Source: Longimicrobiales bacterium (GTDB taxonomy: Bacteria; Gemmatimonadota; Gemmatimonadetes; Longimicrobiales; Gaopeijiaceae). Taken from it: a stretch of 64,000 bases of DNA. The notes below the pieces were generated by a model that did not search any database, was not told where the DNA came from, and saw only the letters and a program-made list of their open reading frames with translations. The stretch covers positions 512,001 through 576,000 of the forward strand of contig CBDDCX010000006.1 of assembly GCA_965226375.1 (NCBI GenBank). The letters are read 5' to 3'. Positions 29,804 to 40,165 of the stretch are shown here, piece after piece. Both the position numbers and the translations under genes were made by a program. The first letter of the stretch is position 1; each line of letters starts with the position of its first letter.

Positions 29804-31282
29804 CTAGATAGTCGCCGACCCCGTCACGCTCACCCGCACCGAGTCCATCTCCTCGGCGGCACCCTCCGGGGGGGACGTGGCGAGACTCACTCCGATGGTC
29901 ACCGCGAAGCCCACGGCGAAACCGGGGATCATTTCGTACAGATCGAAGAACTGCTCTTTGAACAACAGAACCCAGAGCACCGCAGTCAGGAATCCGCTCA
30001 CCATCCCGGCGATCGCCCCGGCTCGGGTAGTCCCTTTCCAGAAAAGCGAGCAGAGGACCACGGGTGTGAACGCGCTCGCCAGACCCGACCAAGCGAAGAG
30101 TACGAACCAGAAAATCGCTCGGGCCTCCGTCAGGGCCGCCGCCAGAGCAACCGCGCCAATGACCACTGTGACACCCCTCCCGTACAGAGAGAGCTGCCGT
30201 TCGCTCACGTCAGGGTTGAAAATCTTCTGCACGATGTCCCGCACCACGGCCGACGACGCGAGGATCAGTAGGGAGTCCACCGTGGACATGATCGCCGCCA
30301 GGACCACTACCAGGAAGATGCCCGTGAAGAGCGCCGGGAACAGCTCGCTGCTCATCACGGGAAGGATCGTCTCCTGATCGATAAGGCCCGGGAAGAGAAC
30401 GCGTCCAGCCATTCCTCCGAAGACCGCACCGATGTCGAAAACCAGAATGACGAAGACGGCGATCCTGCCACCCTGAACGATGTCGCGTTGTCCCCGCGCG
30501 GCGATGAAGCGAGTGAGAAGCTGAGGCGAGCCCATGAAGGCCAACCCGATCGCGATGAACCCGGCCACGTCGATGAACCCCCGGACGCTGACACCGTTGG
30601 CGCCCATGACGCCCAGGAGGTTCTGGTCCTGGACCCTCAGGCCCTCGAGCAGCGACGACCAACCTCCCACGGCCGCGATACCCACCACAGGGAGCACGGC
30701 CAGGCACAGGAGCATCAGCACGCCCTGGAAGACATCGCTGTACGCCACGGCTTTGAAGCCGCCTACGGAGGTGTAGTAGAGGATCACCGCCGCACCGATC
30801 CAAACGCCTGTCGAGTAGCTCGTGTCCAGGAACGCCCCAAAAGCCTTCCCCGAGGCCGTGAGCTGGGCCGCAGTGTAGGCCGTAACCATGCTCACGATAA
30901 TGACCATGCTGATCACACGCATGACGTGTCCGACGTCGTGGAACCGAGACTCCAGGTAGTCGGGAACCGTGATGGAATCGTATCGGTCCGTGTACTCCTT
31001 GAACGGCCGGGCCACGTACTTCCATGCGATCAGAACTCCGAGGAACTCACCCAGCACGACCCAAAGAGCGTGGAATCCGACGGCGTACCCCATCCCCGTG
31101 AGCCCCAGGAGTAACCAGGCGCTCTCACCGGTAGAGGTGGAACTGAAGGCTATGACCCACGACGGCAGCTGCTTCCCGGCCACGTAGTAACCGGCAACAC
31201 TACCCGATGACCGGCTCCCCCACAGGCCGAGACCCAGAAGAATGAGCAGGTAGACGACGAGGACCCCAACGATGACGGTCAC
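29804..31282 (-). CDS. Sodium:solute symporter (PutP-like)
   Basis: YYVAGKQL, ESAWLLLGL, GGFKAVAYSD, LAAIMSTVDS. Confidence 0.88.
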   Translation of the reverse strand: MTVIVGVLVVYLLILLGLGLWGSRSSGSVAGYYVAGKQLPSWVIAFSSTSTGESAWLLLGLTGMGYAVGFHALWVVLGEFLGVLIAWKYVARPFKEYTDRYDSITVPDYLESRFHDVGHVMRVISMVIIVSMVTAYTAAQLTASGKAFGAFLDTSYSTGVWIGAAVILYYTSVGGFKAVAYSDVFQGVLMLLCLAVLPVVGIAAVGGWSSLLEGLRVQDQNLLGVMGANGVSVRGFIDVAGFIAIGLAFMGSPQLLTRFIAARGQRDIVQGGRIAVFVILVFDIGAVFGGMAGRVLFPGLIDQETILPVMSSELFPALFTGIFLVVVLAAIMSTVDSLLILASSAVVRDIVQKIFNPDVSERQLSLYGRGVTVVIGAVALAAALTEARAIFWFVLFAWSGLASAFTPVVLCSLFWKGTTRAGAIAGMVSGFLTAVLWVLLFKEQFFDLYEMIPGFAVGFAVTIGVSLATSPPEGAAEEMDSVRVSVTGSATI

Positions 31283-31323
31283 GGGTCAGCGCCCCGGCGG
31301 TCGGAGAGACTTGGGCAACGGCG

Positions 31324-32649
31324 TCAAGGAGCGCCCTCAACCCGGTGACAAGCGCGCTCCAGCCGCTCCAGTCCCTCGGCCATCTCAACCTCGGTAATGA
31401 GGAGCGATGGCCCGATACGAATCACGTGACCATGTAGGCCCCCGACCCCGATCAGCAGTCCTTCAGCCTTGGCGGCCTCGAGGAGAGCCTTCGTCTTCTG
31501 CGGCGAGGGTTCCTTGGTGTCGGGATCCTCAACCAACTCCATAGCCTGCATCAGGCCCATCCCACGCACGTCGCCGATCCACCGGAAGCGCGCATAGAGC
31601 TCCATAAGGCCCGGGTAGAGTTGGGCACCCCGCTCCTTGGCCCGCTGCGGTACGTCTTGCTCCACCATGATCTCCAGGGTGGATGCACAGGCCGCCATGG
31701 ACACCGGATTCCCCCCGAAGGTCGAGATGGTCTTGGCCTTCCACGACGCGGCGATTTCGGGGCGCGTAATGGTGGCGCCCACCGGCATTCCGTTGGCGAT
31801 GCCCTTGGCCATGACCATGATGTCGGGCTCGACCCCCGCATGCTCGATAGCGAACCAACGATCGCCCGACCGGCCGAAGCCGGACTGCACCTCGTCCGCT
31901 ATGAAGAGCCCTCCGTGGGACCGGATGATTTCAGCGACACGCTCGAAATATCCCGGAGGCGGCACGATGTAGCCGCCCACACCCATGATGGACTCGGCAA
32001 TGAACGCGGCGGGCCGGCCGTTGGTCGTGGTCCGGAGGACGTCTTCGAGATCGTTCACAAACGCGTCCGTGCAGCTCTCGTCGCACGGCTGCTTGAACGG
32101 GCAACGGTACGGGTAAGGGGTCAGAGTGTGCTTGATGCCCGGGTATGTGGTCGCCATGGGGCGCCAGGCACTCACTGCTGTGATGTTGGTGGCGAGGAAG
32201 CTGCGACCATGATACGCCTGCCGCAGCGCGATGATCTCTGTGCGCCCGGTGTGCAGGCAAGCCATGTGGATGGCCGTCTCGATGGCCTCGGTCCCCGAAT
32301 TCGTGAAGAACGTCTGGCTCAGTTGGCCCGGGGCGATTTCGGCAAGCCGCTGCGCGGCCTCGACCTGGGGCTCGGTGACGTACAGCGTGGACGTATGGCC
32401 CAAGCGGGCCATCTGCTCCTGAGTGCGGGCCACCACCTTCGGATTGCAGTGTCCCACGGAGGTCGTGAGGATACCGCTGAACAGGTCGAGGTACTCCTCC
32501 CCGTCAACGTCCCGCACCCTGACCCCTTCGCCCTCCGCTATGACAACCGGATCGTCATACAGGGGCTTGGCGGCCGGAAATACGAATTCCGCTTGGCCCG
32601 CCATTACGGCTTGGCTCCTCAACATGATCTCGGGTCCGCTGGTCTCCAT
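31324..32649 (-). CDS. Class III PLP aminotransferase (AGXT2/beta-alanine transaminase-like)
   Basis: FTNSGTEA, FIADEVQSGFGR, DIMVMAKGIANGMP, TFGGNP. Confidence 0.88.
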   Translation of the reverse strand: METSGPEIMLRSQAVMAGQAEFVFPAAKPLYDDPVVIAEGEGVRVRDVDGEEYLDLFSGILTTSVGHCNPKVVARTQEQMARLGHTSTLYVTEPQVEAAQRLAEIAPGQLSQTFFTNSGTEAIETAIHMACLHTGRTEIIALRQAYHGRSFLATNITAVSAWRPMATTYPGIKHTLTPYPYRCPFKQPCDESCTDAFVNDLEDVLRTTTNGRPAAFIAESIMGVGGYIVPPPGYFERVAEIIRSHGGLFIADEVQSGFGRSGDRWFAIEHAGVEPDIMVMAKGIANGMPVGATITRPEIAASWKAKTISTFGGNPVSMAACASTLEIMVEQDVPQRAKERGAQLYPGLMELYARFRWIGDVRGMGLMQAMELVEDPDTKEPSPQKTKALLEAAKAEGLLIGVGGLHGHVIRIGPSLLITEVEMAEGLERLERACHRVEGAP

Positions 32650-32757
32650 GTTTCCTCCCGTGTTGTGGTATGGGGCCGCGGAACCCCGATCTGTCAGGTT
32701 GTCCGCCCCTCGACTTCAATAGTCGAGGGCGAGCTCATTCGTTCAAGCCGGCGTCGG

Positions 32758-34293
32758 TCAGGCGTTGCTCGGGAAGGCGTACTTCGCCCCTTCTCGAACA
32801 CCGGTCGATGGCCAGCGCTGGGTAATGGTTTTGCGTCGTGTATAGAAGCGCACCCCATCCGGCCCGTATGCGAAGAGATCTCCGAAGAGCGAGCGCTTCC
32901 AGCCCCCGAAGCTGTGGTAAGCGACCGGCACCGGTAGCGGGACGTTGATGCCCACCATGCCCGCCTTGATGTGATCGCTGAAGTAACGGGCCGCCTCACC
33001 GTCACGCGTAAAGATGCACGTACCGTTGCCGAACTCATGGCCGTCGGTGACGTCCATCGCTTCCTGCATGGTGTCGGCCCGGACGACGCACAAGACCGGT
33101 CCGAAGATTTCGTCCGAATAGATGCGCATGTCGGGTGTCACGTTGTCGAACAGGCAGGCACCGAGGAAGAAGCCTTCCTCATGACCCGGCACCTCCAGGT
33201 CCCTGCCGTCCACGACCAAGTCGGCGCCCTCTTCCACCCCGAGGTCGACGTAGCCCCGCACCTTCTCGTAGTGCTCACTGGTGACCAACGGACCCATGTC
33301 GTTCCCCGCCTCGCAACCCGCGCCCACCTTCATCTGCCCGATGCGCTCCGACAAGCCGGCGATCAGGGCATCTCCCGTCTCCTGCCCTACCGCCACGACA
33401 ACGGAGATGGCCATGCAGCGCTCGCCGCAGGAGCCGTATGCGGCTCCCATCAACGCGTTGACCGCGTTCTCCATGTCGGCATCGGGCATGACGATGGCGT
33501 GATTCTTCGCGCCTCCCAGGGCCTGCACGCGCTTGCCGTTGGCTGTGGCCGTCCGGTAGACGTGCTCGGCGACGGGCGTGGATCCCACGAAGCTGACCGC
33601 TTGCACCCGCTCGTCGCTCAACAGGGTGTCCACGGCTTCCTTGCCGCCGTTGACCAGGTTGAAAACGCCGTCCGGCAGTCCCGCTTCTTTCAGAAGCTCA
33701 GCCGCCAGCATCGGAGCGCTCGGATCTCGCTCTGAGGGCTTCAGGACGAAGGTGTTTCCGCAGACCAGGGCGATGGGATACATCCACATGGGCACCATGG
33801 CCGGAAAGTTGAAGGGCGTGATCCCGGCAACAACGCCCAACGGCTGGAACTCCGACCAGCTGTCGATGGCCGGCCCGACGTTCTTGCTGTACTCACCCTT
33901 CAGTAGCTCGGGAGCGCCGCACGCGTATTCGACGTTCTCGATACCGCGCTGCAGCTCGCCTGCCGCGTCCTCGAGGACCTTGCCGTGCTCTTCGCTCAGC
34001 AGCGCCACCAGGCGGTCGGCGTTCTCTTCGAGTAGCTCCTTGTAGCGGAACATGATGCGGGCCCGTTTGGCCGCGGGCGTGTCTCTCCACGCGGGGAAGG
34101 CCTCGTGCGCGGCAGCGATGGCCTGCTCGACGGTCGCCTTCCCCGCGAGCGCCACTTTGCGGACGACTTCTCCGGTCGCCGGGTCGTAGACGGCCTGGGT
34201 GTTTGCTGAGTCTGCTACCGGCGCTCCGTTTATGAAATGGCCGATCACCGGAGTAGCCGTTCCCGTCTCGGTAGCCGTCAGTGTGTCAGTCAT
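32758..34293 (-). CDS. mmsA: CoA-acylating (methyl)malonate-semialdehyde dehydrogenase
   Basis: ITPFNFPAMVP, KPSERDP, GGAKNH, GERCMA, GINVPLPVP, FGGWKRSLFGD. Confidence 0.93.
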   Translation of the reverse strand: MTDTLTATETGTATPVIGHFINGAPVADSANTQAVYDPATGEVVRKVALAGKATVEQAIAAAHEAFPAWRDTPAAKRARIMFRYKELLEENADRLVALLSEEHGKVLEDAAGELQRGIENVEYACGAPELLKGEYSKNVGPAIDSWSEFQPLGVVAGITPFNFPAMVPMWMYPIALVCGNTFVLKPSERDPSAPMLAAELLKEAGLPDGVFNLVNGGKEAVDTLLSDERVQAVSFVGSTPVAEHVYRTATANGKRVQALGGAKNHAIVMPDADMENAVNALMGAAYGSCGERCMAISVVVAVGQETGDALIAGLSERIGQMKVGAGCEAGNDMGPLVTSEHYEKVRGYVDLGVEEGADLVVDGRDLEVPGHEEGFFLGACLFDNVTPDMRIYSDEIFGPVLCVVRADTMQEAMDVTDGHEFGNGTCIFTRDGEAARYFSDHIKAGMVGINVPLPVPVAYHSFGGWKRSLFGDLFAYGPDGVRFYTRRKTITQRWPSTGVREGAKYAFPSNA

Positions 34294-34513
34294 GATGCTA
34301 TTCACCTTCCATGGGAGCGCTCCGGTCAAGCAACCCCGGACACCAGAGATATGTCCCCAAGAATACGTGGCGACGGCACGAGCCGCACGGGACGCTCGGC
34401 GAAGAAGAGGAGCAGGGATCGAATTCCCCGCTAGGGAGCGTCTGTGAATGACTCTCCGATGCCGCTGGGAGGGCGCCCCCGACCGAAGGGGCGCCCAGGC
34501 TCAGATGGGTGGT

Positions 34514-35359
34514 CTAGAGACCCCCGCTCCTGAGCCGCTCCAGCGCTTCGACGGCCGGCGGATTGTCCGGCGCCAGCTCGAGGGACCTTTCGTACGCCTC
34601 AATGGCGGCCTCGATATTGTCCTCGAAGGCGTTTATCTGGCCCTTGAGCAGCCAGGACTGCACGTATTCGGGGTGGTACTCCAGGTTCATGTCCACGACC
34701 GCCATGGCCATTTCGGCGTCTTCCCTGACCAACGCTTGTGCCACGTCCCTCAGAGACCTTGGACCGAAGTTGTAGGCGCCACGACCGAAGTACTCCTCGC
34801 GCAACTCGGCATACCGCGCCTGCAGGGCGTCGAGTCCTCCGTCCTGGGCTGCCCATGTGAGCTCCTGGACGAGCGTGGCGGGTCTTGTGGTTCCCGAGTG
34901 GCACGTGATACATCCGACCTCGCGGTGTTGAGCCGCCGCCGGTGTGGGTTCGGGTGCTTCGTGCTCATGCTCTTCGGCGCCCGGCTCGTCCTCATGCTCT
35001 GCCGCGGCGGGCGCATGCTCGTGGGGGAGCTCGTGGAGGTGATCGTCGTTGATGGCCGCGACCATGGTCATCATGATTCGGGCCGCCACCTTAGTCTCCT
35101 TGTCGTCCGACGCGAAGTCGTCGTCGGGGCCCTCGAGGTCATCTGAGACCGTGTGGCAATAGGTGCACCGCACACCGAGCGCCCGGGTGAAGCCCCGCAT
35201 GGTACCCACCAACTCGCGCCGGCTGATGTCCTCGGACATTACCTGAAGATTGGTGAACTCGTCAGGGATCTGGGCTGCAACGGGCACTGATGTGAGCGCC
35301 AGTGCCAACAATCCTGCGACTGCGCCAGCGCGGAGTTGGAATCTGACATCGACGATCAC
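34514..35359 (-). CDS. Exported diheme c-type cytochrome with a C-terminal TPR
   Basis: Signal peptide, CTYCH and CITCH heme motifs, TPR AIEAYERSLELAPDN. Confidence 0.8.
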   Translation of the reverse strand: MIVDVRFQLRAGAVAGLLALALTSVPVAAQIPDEFTNLQVMSEDISRRELVGTMRGFTRALGVRCTYCHTVSDDLEGPDDDFASDDKETKVAARIMMTMVAAINDDHLHELPHEHAPAAAEHEDEPGAEEHEHEAPEPTPAAAQHREVGCITCHSGTTRPATLVQELTWAAQDGGLDALQARYAELREEYFGRGAYNFGPRSLRDVAQALVREDAEMAMAVVDMNLEYHPEYVQSWLLKGQINAFEDNIEAAIEAYERSLELAPDNPPAVEALERLRSGGL

Positions 35360-35373
35360 AGCATCCCTCCATT

Positions 35374-35407
35374 TAACAGAGTCATTCGAATAACAGAATC
35401 ATTCGAA
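35374..35407. repeat. 17-bp tandem direct repeat, two copies
   Basis: TAACAGAGTCATTCGAA / TAACAGAATCATTCGAA (16/17). Confidence 0.8.
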
Positions 35408-35453
35408 ACGGCCATCGCCCGCCACGCAGGCGATCCCGCTATACAAGTACGCC

Positions 35454-35912
35454 TTAACCTCCAGCCATTTTCAGAACCCTCTCAAACTCCTTCTTACGCA
35501 CTGGCTGAACCGAAAGGCGCGAGTTGTTCACCAGTACCATGTCCGCAAGCGACTTGTCGGCCTTGATGTCGTGAAGGGACACCTCCGACTTCAGTTTCTT
35601 CACGAAGCGGACGTCCACCATCCACCAGCGCGGCTTCTCCTCGCTGGACTTGGCGTCGTAGTACTTGTCCTTCTTGTCGAACTGGGTGAAGTCAGGGTAG
35701 GCCTCTTTGATCACCCGTGCCACCCCCACCACGCCCGGTGGTGTCTGCTGGCTGTGGTAATAGAGAATCTCATCGCCCTTCTTCATGGCCATCATGTGAT
35801 TGCGGGCCTGATAGTTCCGCACGCCCTCCCAATAGGTGGTCTTGTCCTTCTTCAGATCGTCGATCGAGTAGACGTGTGGCTCGCTCTTCATGAGCCAATA
35901 GGACGTTGGCAT
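35454..35912 (-). CDS. EVE domain protein
   Basis: YWLMKSEP, WEGVRNYQARN, SRLSVQPV. Confidence 0.92.
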   Translation of the reverse strand: MPTSYWLMKSEPHVYSIDDLKKDKTTYWEGVRNYQARNHMMAMKKGDEILYYHSQQTPPGVVGVARVIKEAYPDFTQFDKKDKYYDAKSSEEKPRWWMVDVRFVKKLKSEVSLHDIKADKSLADMVLVNNSRLSVQPVRKKEFERVLKMAGG

Positions 35913-36121
35913 GGTTGTCACTTCACTCGTTGGAGGACCGGGCGTCATGGGAGCTGGCCCGGTGACTGCCACGGGACTAGCTCTCCCGTTTTACGGGCTC
36001 GGACATTACGGCGCGAACACGATTCTTGACAACCGATGGTAATGTACCCTACTGGCATGTGCGGGAGTAGCCGCTGTGACAGGAGGGGTTGAGGCGTCGC
36101 GTCTAGAGCACCCGGGCCCCG

Positions 36122-37747
36122 TTACTTCGGACCCGCCTCCTTGACGCCCTCGGGCACGAACGTCTCGAACGGCTCGAAGTTCTCCTTGAACATCGAAGCC
36201 AGTTTCTGCGCGGCGGCATCGTACTCCTCGCCCTCGGTCCACGTGCCCCGCGGGTTGAGAACCTCGGTCGGCACACCCGGAACCTCGCTCGGAACGTGCA
36301 GACCGAACACCGGATCCGCCTCGGTAGCCACTCCGTCCAGATCACCGGCCAACGCCGCGCTCACCATGGCTCGTGTATACGCCAGCTTCATGCGGCTTCC
36401 CACGCCATATCCTCCCCCGCTCCATCCCGTGTTCACGAGCCAAACGGTGGAGCCGTGCTCGCGAAGTCTTTCACCGAGCATCTGCGCATACTCCCCGGGG
36501 TGTCTGGGCAGGAAGGGCGCTCCAAAACAGGCACTGAACGTCGCCTTGGGCTCCGTGATCCCCCGCTCGGTCCCGGCAACCTTGGCCGTGTAGCCCGACA
36601 CGAAGTGGTACATGGCTTGCTCGGGAGAGAGCTTGGAGATAGGGGGCAGCACGCCGAACGCGTCGGCAGTTAGGAACACCACGGTCTTCGGGTGCCCGCC
36701 CCGACTCGGTTCGACCGCGTTGGGAATGTAGTGGATGGGGTACGAAGCCCTCGTGTTCTCGGTAATGCTGCCGTCATCGAAGTCGATCTCGCGAGTGTCC
36801 TCGTCCAGGACGACGTTCTCGAGAATGGTCCCGAACATCTTGGTAGCCTGGTAGATCTCGGGCTCACCCTCGGGTGACAGCTTGATGGTCTTGGCGTAAC
36901 AGCCGCCCTCGAAGTTGAAGATCCCCGACTCGCCCCAACCGTGCTCGTCGTCGCCGATGAGTCCCCTCTCCGGATCGGCTGAAAGCGTGGTCTTGCCCGT
37001 GCCGGACAACCCGAAGAACAGGGCGGTCACCCCATCATCGCCGACATTGGCCGAACAGTGCATGGGCAGCACACCCTGATCGGGCAACATGTAGTTCAGG
37101 ACCGAGAAGATCGACTTCTTGATTTCACCGGCGTAATTGGAGCCCCCGATCACAACCTGGCGCTCCTTGAAGTTCACGACGATGAATGTGGGACTGTTCG
37201 TGCCGTGCTTCTCGGGGTCGGCCTGGAATCCAGGCGCGTGGAGCACGGTGAAGTCGGGCGCGAATCCCTCGAGCTCCTCGGCGGTGGGCCGCAGGAACAT
37301 GTTGTACGCGAACAGGTTGTGCCATGCGTTATGGGTCACCACACGCACGTTGAGTCCATGGCTCGGATGGGCACCTGCCCGGGCATCCCTCACGAACAAC
37401 TCTTGTTCGTTCAAGAAGGCGATCACCTCGTCGCGGAGCAGAGAAAAATGCTCCTCACTCATGGGTACGTTTACCGCGCCCCAGTCCACGCTGTGTCCTG
37501 TGGCGGATTCCTTGACGGTGAACTTGTCGTTGGGTGAGCGGCCTGTGTGTGGGGCAGTGATTGCGGTGAATCCGCCCCCGTGAGCCAGTCGCCCTTCACC
37601 CCTCGCCAACGCCTGCTCGTAGAGCTGTGCAGGGGAGAGGTTCCAGTGCACGTCCTTCTGGGGCGCGAGCCCGTGAGTGTCCAAACCGGCTCGCGCGGAG
37701 CGTCGTGCCCCGATCACCGACGGATCGCCCTCAGTCTGTGTCGCCAT
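36122..37747 (-). CDS. pckA: Phosphoenolpyruvate carboxykinase (ATP)
   Basis: HTGRSPNDK, YAGEIKKS, FFGLSGTGKTTLS, IGDDEHGW, FNFEGGCYAK. Confidence 0.97.
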   Translation of the reverse strand: MATQTEGDPSVIGARRSARAGLDTHGLAPQKDVHWNLSPAQLYEQALARGEGRLAHGGGFTAITAPHTGRSPNDKFTVKESATGHSVDWGAVNVPMSEEHFSLLRDEVIAFLNEQELFVRDARAGAHPSHGLNVRVVTHNAWHNLFAYNMFLRPTAEELEGFAPDFTVLHAPGFQADPEKHGTNSPTFIVVNFKERQVVIGGSNYAGEIKKSIFSVLNYMLPDQGVLPMHCSANVGDDGVTALFFGLSGTGKTTLSADPERGLIGDDEHGWGESGIFNFEGGCYAKTIKLSPEGEPEIYQATKMFGTILENVVLDEDTREIDFDDGSITENTRASYPIHYIPNAVEPSRGGHPKTVVFLTADAFGVLPPISKLSPEQAMYHFVSGYTAKVAGTERGITEPKATFSACFGAPFLPRHPGEYAQMLGERLREHGSTVWLVNTGWSGGGYGVGSRMKLAYTRAMVSAALAGDLDGVATEADPVFGLHVPSEVPGVPTEVLNPRGTWTEGEEYDAAAQKLASMFKENFEPFETFVPEGVKEAGPK

Positions 37748-37822
37748 TTATCGGTCCCTCATTCCTTCTCTTCAGTAGACATCGCCCTAAGAACATGCTC
37801 GGCCCGCCAGGGCTGAGGACAG

Positions 37823-40090
37823 CTAATCGTCTTTAGATCGGGCCTGCGCGTCCACCGCTGCCAAAGTGACGAGATTCACGACATCTTCGACCGTGGATCC
37901 ACGTTGAATGAAGTGCACGGCATGCTTCATTCCCAGCAGGATGGGACCGATCACATCCGCCCCTCCGATCTCCGCCAACAACTTATAGGAAGCGTTGGCC
38001 GAAGCGAGGTTGGGGAAGATGAGTACGTTCGCCGACCGGGTGAGTGAGCTAAACGGATACTGCGTTTTGAGGAGCTCGGAGTTGACCGCCGTATCGGCCT
38101 GCATCTCGCCGTCGACCTCCAGGTCCGGGCGCAGCGTCTTCACCTGAGCGACGGCCTCCCGAACCTTCCTCGACGCGGGATGGCGAGCCGAGCCGAAGTT
38201 GGAGAAGGAGAGCATGGCGATACGCGGTACGATCCCGAGCTTCTCGACGAACCCCGCCGTGAGGAGTGCAATATCGGTGAGGGCCTGGGCATCGGGGTCA
38301 ATGTTCACTGCTGTGTCACCGAAGAACAGCAACTCCTGGTCACGGAGCGCGACCATGTACATGGCGGCCACCCTGCGTACACCCTCGGCCCGACCTATGA
38401 CCTCCAGGGCCGGCCGGAGAAGTGCTCCGTAGTGCGACTCGATGCCGGCGACCATGGCTGCGGCATCGCCCCGACGGACCATCATGCCAGCGAAGTAGTT
38501 CGGCTGATACATCCTCGAGCGGGCTTCCGCCCGGGTCAGTCCCTTGCGCAATCGAGACTCGTAGAGCTCTTCCGCGTAGGCGTGACGAACCTCGTCGCTC
38601 AAGATCGGGTGGACGATCTCGGTACCGGCAATGTCGATGCCATGGAGCTCACAGATCTGCTGGATCTTGTCCTCGCGCCCGATGAGGACCGGCACCGCCA
38701 CGCCCTCCTCGACAATCTGCTGGCATGCACGGATGACGCGCTCGTTGTAACCGTCCGTGAGGACCACCCGCATCGGCCGCTTCCTCGCCTGGGCGACGAC
38801 GCCCCGCATGACGTGTCCACTGGGCCCCAGGCTCGCTTTGAGCCGATCCTCGTACTCCTGTAAGTCGATGGTCTCCCTCGCGACCCCAGAATCCATTGCG
38901 GCCTTCGCGACGGCTGGAGCCACATGGAAGAGCACGCGGGAGTCGAACGGTTTGGGAATCAGGTACTCGGGGCCAAACTCGAACGGCTCGTCTCCGTAGG
39001 CGGCAGTCACCGACTGGGGCACCGTCGCCTTGGCCAGATCCGAGAGGGCGTACGTCGCTGCAAGCATCATTTCCTGGTTGATGGCTGTTGCTCGAACGTC
39101 CAGGGCGCCCCGGAACAGGAACGGAAACCCGAGCACGTTGTTGACCTGATTGGGGTAGTCCGAGCGCCCGGTGGCGACCAGGGCGTCGTCCCGTACCGCG
39201 GCGACTTCTTCAGGAGTGACTTCCGGATCTGGATTGGCCAGAGCGAAGATGATGGGGCGATCCGCCATGGAGGCCACCATCTCCTTGGTCACCAGCCCGC
39301 GGATCGAAAGGCCGATGAACACGTCAGCTCCGTGCATGGCCTCTTCCAGCGTCCTACGGTCCGTCTTAATGGCAAAGGGCTCCTTATACTCGTTCATGCC
39401 CTCCTCCCGTCCCGTGTAGATCACCCCTTTACTGTCCACCATGAGGATGTTCTCTCGCAGAACGCCGACCCGCGTGAAGTGCTCGGCCGTTGAAATCGCC
39501 GACGCGCCGGCACCGCTGAACACCACCTGCACGTCTGCCGGCTTCTTTTCGATCAGCTCCAGGGCGTTCACGAGCGCGGCAGCGCCGATAATGGCCGTGC
39601 CATGCTGGTCATCGTGAAAGACCGGAATGTCCATGGACTCCTTGAGTCGTCTCTCGATGACAAAGCAGTCAGGGGCCTTGATGTCTTCCAGGTTGATGCC
39701 ACCCACGGTGGGCTCGAGGAGTTCACAGAATCGAATGACATCTTCGGGGTCCTCGGAGCCGACCTCGAGGTCGAACACGTCGATGCCTGCGAACTTCTTG
39801 AACAGCACGCCTTTGCCTTCCATGACCGGCTTGGACGCTAACGGTCCGATATTGCCGAGTCCCAGCACCGCCGTACCGTTGGAAACAACAGCAACCAGGT
39901 TGCCGCGTGCCGTGTACTTGAAGACATCGTCCGGCTTCTCGTGGATCTCGAGACACGGCACCGCCACACCGGGACTGTATGCGAGAGACAATTCCCTCTG
40001 TGTGCCCAGTGACTTGGTGGGAATGACTTCTATTTTCCCAGGGCGGCCCTTGGTATGATACTCCAAGGCTGCTTTGCTACGAGCGTCCAT
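37823..40090 (-). CDS. maeB: NADP-dependent malic enzyme with C-terminal PTA domain
   Basis: [42 protein letters not shown]. Confidence 0.96.
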   Translation of the reverse strand: MDARSKAALEYHTKGRPGKIEVIPTKSLGTQRELSLAYSPGVAVPCLEIHEKPDDVFKYTARGNLVAVVSNGTAVLGLGNIGPLASKPVMEGKGVLFKKFAGIDVFDLEVGSEDPEDVIRFCELLEPTVGGINLEDIKAPDCFVIERRLKESMDIPVFHDDQHGTAIIGAAALVNALELIEKKPADVQVVFSGAGASAISTAEHFTRVGVLRENILMVDSKGVIYTGREEGMNEYKEPFAIKTDRRTLEEAMHGADVFIGLSIRGLVTKEMVASMADRPIIFALANPDPEVTPEEVAAVRDDALVATGRSDYPNQVNNVLGFPFLFRGALDVRATAINQEMMLAATYALSDLAKATVPQSVTAAYGDEPFEFGPEYLIPKPFDSRVLFHVAPAVAKAAMDSGVARETIDLQEYEDRLKASLGPSGHVMRGVVAQARKRPMRVVLTDGYNERVIRACQQIVEEGVAVPVLIGREDKIQQICELHGIDIAGTEIVHPILSDEVRHAYAEELYESRLRKGLTRAEARSRMYQPNYFAGMMVRRGDAAAMVAGIESHYGALLRPALEVIGRAEGVRRVAAMYMVALRDQELLFFGDTAVNIDPDAQALTDIALLTAGFVEKLGIVPRIAMLSFSNFGSARHPASRKVREAVAQVKTLRPDLEVDGEMQADTAVNSELLKTQYPFSSLTRSANVLIFPNLASANASYKLLAEIGGADVIGPILLGMKHAVHFIQRGSTVEDVVNLVTLAAVDAQARSKDD

Positions 40091-40165
40091 TCGGAAGCCT
40101 TATGTAAAGGGATGTTTAGGTTAGCCGAGCAAGACCGAGTGTCAATCACCACCAACGGAGAATAG

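Noticed and set aside
34514..35359. Cytochrome as evidence of phototrophy (similarity to the reaction-centre cytochrome family)
   Set aside because: Only two hemes, a TPR fusion and no puf/bch genes in the window
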